DNA of 32,000 nt from Blochmannia endosymbiont of Camponotus nipponensis. Lineage in GTDB: Bacteria; Pseudomonadota; Gammaproteobacteria; Enterobacterales; Enterobacteriaceae. Positions within the stretch are counted from its first letter, which is position 1. Each line of letters starts with the position of its first letter. The DNA lies in the NCBI RefSeq assembly GCF_009827135.1, contig NZ_CP046534.1, positions 660,001-692,000 of the forward strand, written 5' to 3'. The notes under the pieces are model-generated. The model was not told where the DNA came from. It worked only from the letters and a program-made list of their open reading frames with translations, and ran no database searches. A program made the translations under genes and the position numbers. Positions 30,291-32,000 of the stretch are shown here, in pieces.

Positions 30291-31700
30291 TTAAAAGTTA
30301 ATATTTTTTGATGTTCTGGGAAAAGGAATGACATCTCTAATATTTTTTATTCCTGTAACATATATCATGAGTCGTTCAAAACCTAGTCCAAATCCTGAAT
30401 GAGGCACTGTTCCGTAGCGCCTCAAATCACGATACCACCAATAATTTTCTTGTGTTAGATTATTTTCTTGTAATCTCTGATCTAATTTATATAATCTTTC
30501 TTCTCGTTGTGAACCTCCAATTATTTCCCCGATTCCAGGTAATAAAATATCCATAGATGCTACAGTTTTATTATCATCATTTAAACGCATATAAAAAGCT
30601 TTGATGTTTTTTGGGTAGTTTTTTATTATTACGGGAGATTTAAAATATTCTTCCGATAAATATTTTTCATGTTCAGAGAACAAATTTTTTCCCCAGTGTA
30701 TTGGGTTATTAAATCGTCTATTGCATGTTTTTAATAATTTTATCGCTTCGGTATATTCTATATGATTAAATTTAATATTAGTGCAATATTCTAAACGGGT
30801 AATAATATTTGTGTCAATTTTTTTGACTAAGTATTGCATATCATCAGAACGAACGTTGAGGAGTGTTCTGATGATATCTTTTAATAAGAATTCGGCTAAA
30901 ACAATAATATTATCTAAATTCATAAATGCAGCTTCTGGCTCTATCATCCAAAATTCAGCCAAATGTCGATTGGTATTAGAATATTCTGCTCTAAAAGTTG
31001 GACCAAAAGTATATACTTTTGTTAACGCACAAGCATAAGCTTCTGCATTTAATTGCCCCGATACTGTTAAAAAAGCCTTTTTACCAAAAAAATTACAGGT
31101 GTTATCATCAGTATGGTTTAATTTTTTTGGATTATGTAGAACATGTTGATTTTCTGAGGTAGACACGGAGAACATTTTGCTGCTTCCTTCAGTATCATAT
31201 GCGGTAATTATAGGAGTAGGAATCCATAGAAATCCTTTTTTGTGCATAAAGTTATGAATAGCTTGCGCTAAAGTATGCCTGATGCGAGTAACAGCACCAA
31301 TTATATTAGTACGTGGACGTAAATGAGAAACCTCACGTAAGTATTCCATAGTATGTTTTTTAGCAGTGATCGGGTAGGTACTAGGATTTTCTATCCATCC
31401 TAATATTTTAATTTTTTTTGCAATTACTTCAACGTTTTGTTTAATACCAATGGATTTAGTTATTGTTCCTACAACTATTATTGAACAGCCACTAGTTAGA
31501 CGTAATATTTCATTTTTATAATTATATAAATTGTCACATGCAATTATTTGTAATGGGGCTGTACAAGATCCATCGTATAAATCAAGGAAAGAAATTTTAG
31601 CCTTAGAATCTCGTCGAGTACGAATCCAACCTTGTATGGTAATTTCAGTATTTTTTGATATACATCCACATAATATATCTGCTATTGATACTAAATTCAT
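30291..31700 (-). CDS. asnS: Asparagine--tRNA ligase
   Basis: From the ATG at 31700: MNLVSIADILCG...GWIRTRRDSKA. This gives 469 aa against 466 in E. coli. Class II motifs FRAEYSNTNRHLAEFWM and GFGLGFERL are present. A GGAGA Shine-Dalgarno sequence 6 nt upstream supports 31700. The 40-codon extension to 31820 has no homologue. Confidence 0.96.
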   Translation of the reverse strand: MNLVSIADILCGCISKNTEITIQGWIRTRRDSKAKISFLDLYDGSCTAPLQIIACDNLYNYKNEILRLTSGCSIIVVGTITKSIGIKQNVEVIAKKIKILGWIENPSTYPITAKKHTMEYLREVSHLRPRTNIIGAVTRIRHTLAQAIHNFMHKKGFLWIPTPIITAYDTEGSSKMFSVSTSENQHVLHNPKKLNHTDDNTCNFFGKKAFLTVSGQLNAEAYACALTKVYTFGPTFRAEYSNTNRHLAEFWMIEPEAAFMNLDNIIVLAEFLLKDIIRTLLNVRSDDMQYLVKKIDTNIITRLEYCTNIKFNHIEYTEAIKLLKTCNRRFNNPIHWGKNLFSEHEKYLSEEYFKSPVIIKNYPKNIKAFYMRLNDDNKTVASMDILLPGIGEIIGGSQREERLYKLDQRLQENNLTQENYWWYRDLRRYGTVPHSGFGLGFERLMIYVTGIKNIRDVIPFPRTSKNINF

Positions 31701-32000
31701 ACTATATCTCCAAATTTTTAAACTAACAGTATTTTTATGTTTCAGGCACATTACAAATTTAATGATCATGTACCAAAAATTGTATTCGAAATAATTGTAA
31801 TATATAATGAATAGCTGCATTTTTTATTTCTTTAAATTATATTTCTGATCCAAGTATAGAAATAATCATCATAACTTAATGCAGCACTTCATAAATGATA
31901 AATAATAATTATGTTTTTATATGAAATAAATGTAATTTTTTGATTACATTGGTTACTATGATGCATTAAAATTCAAAATATCTTATATTTTATGTACATA

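Overview
This window comes from a very AT-rich, reduced genome of an Enterobacterales-type bacterium that looks like an insect endosymbiont. The exact taxon cannot be determined from the sequence alone. I recognise 23 housekeeping genes, all apparently intact: minE (partial), minD, minC, dsbB, gapA, sppA, xthA, hns, tdk, cls, tonB, yciC, a complete trpE-G-D-C(F)-B-A operon, ribA, fabI, ycbL, aspC and asnS. Nineteen of the 23 are on the minus strand. Many ORF-track starts are over-extended (GTG/TTG or upstream ATG), and I corrected them by alignment to remembered E. coli orthologues and by Shine-Dalgarno spacing. From my gene coordinates only about two thirds of the window is coding. The rest is extremely AT-rich spacer, including three gene-free stretches of 1.8, 2.5 and 1.6 kb (7557-9351, 22136-24619, 25220-26854). 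I found no rRNA, tRNA, IS element, CRISPR array, prophage or defence gene, and no convincing new multi-gene system. The unexplained signals are:
- The three gene deserts.
- Two statistically unexpected long palindromes inside them (26366-26406, perfect 19-bp arms; 23381-23422, 14+5 bp arms with two GATC sites).
- An isolated (GC)n tract in the xthA-sppA spacer.
- A trpG|trpD split sitting on an A8 tract, one nucleotide away from the E. coli-type fusion.
- A recognisable relic of the trp promoter and operator half-site, with no leader peptide and an A10 tract as the promoter spacer.
- A TonB without its proline-rich spacer.
- A very strongly conserved H-NS.
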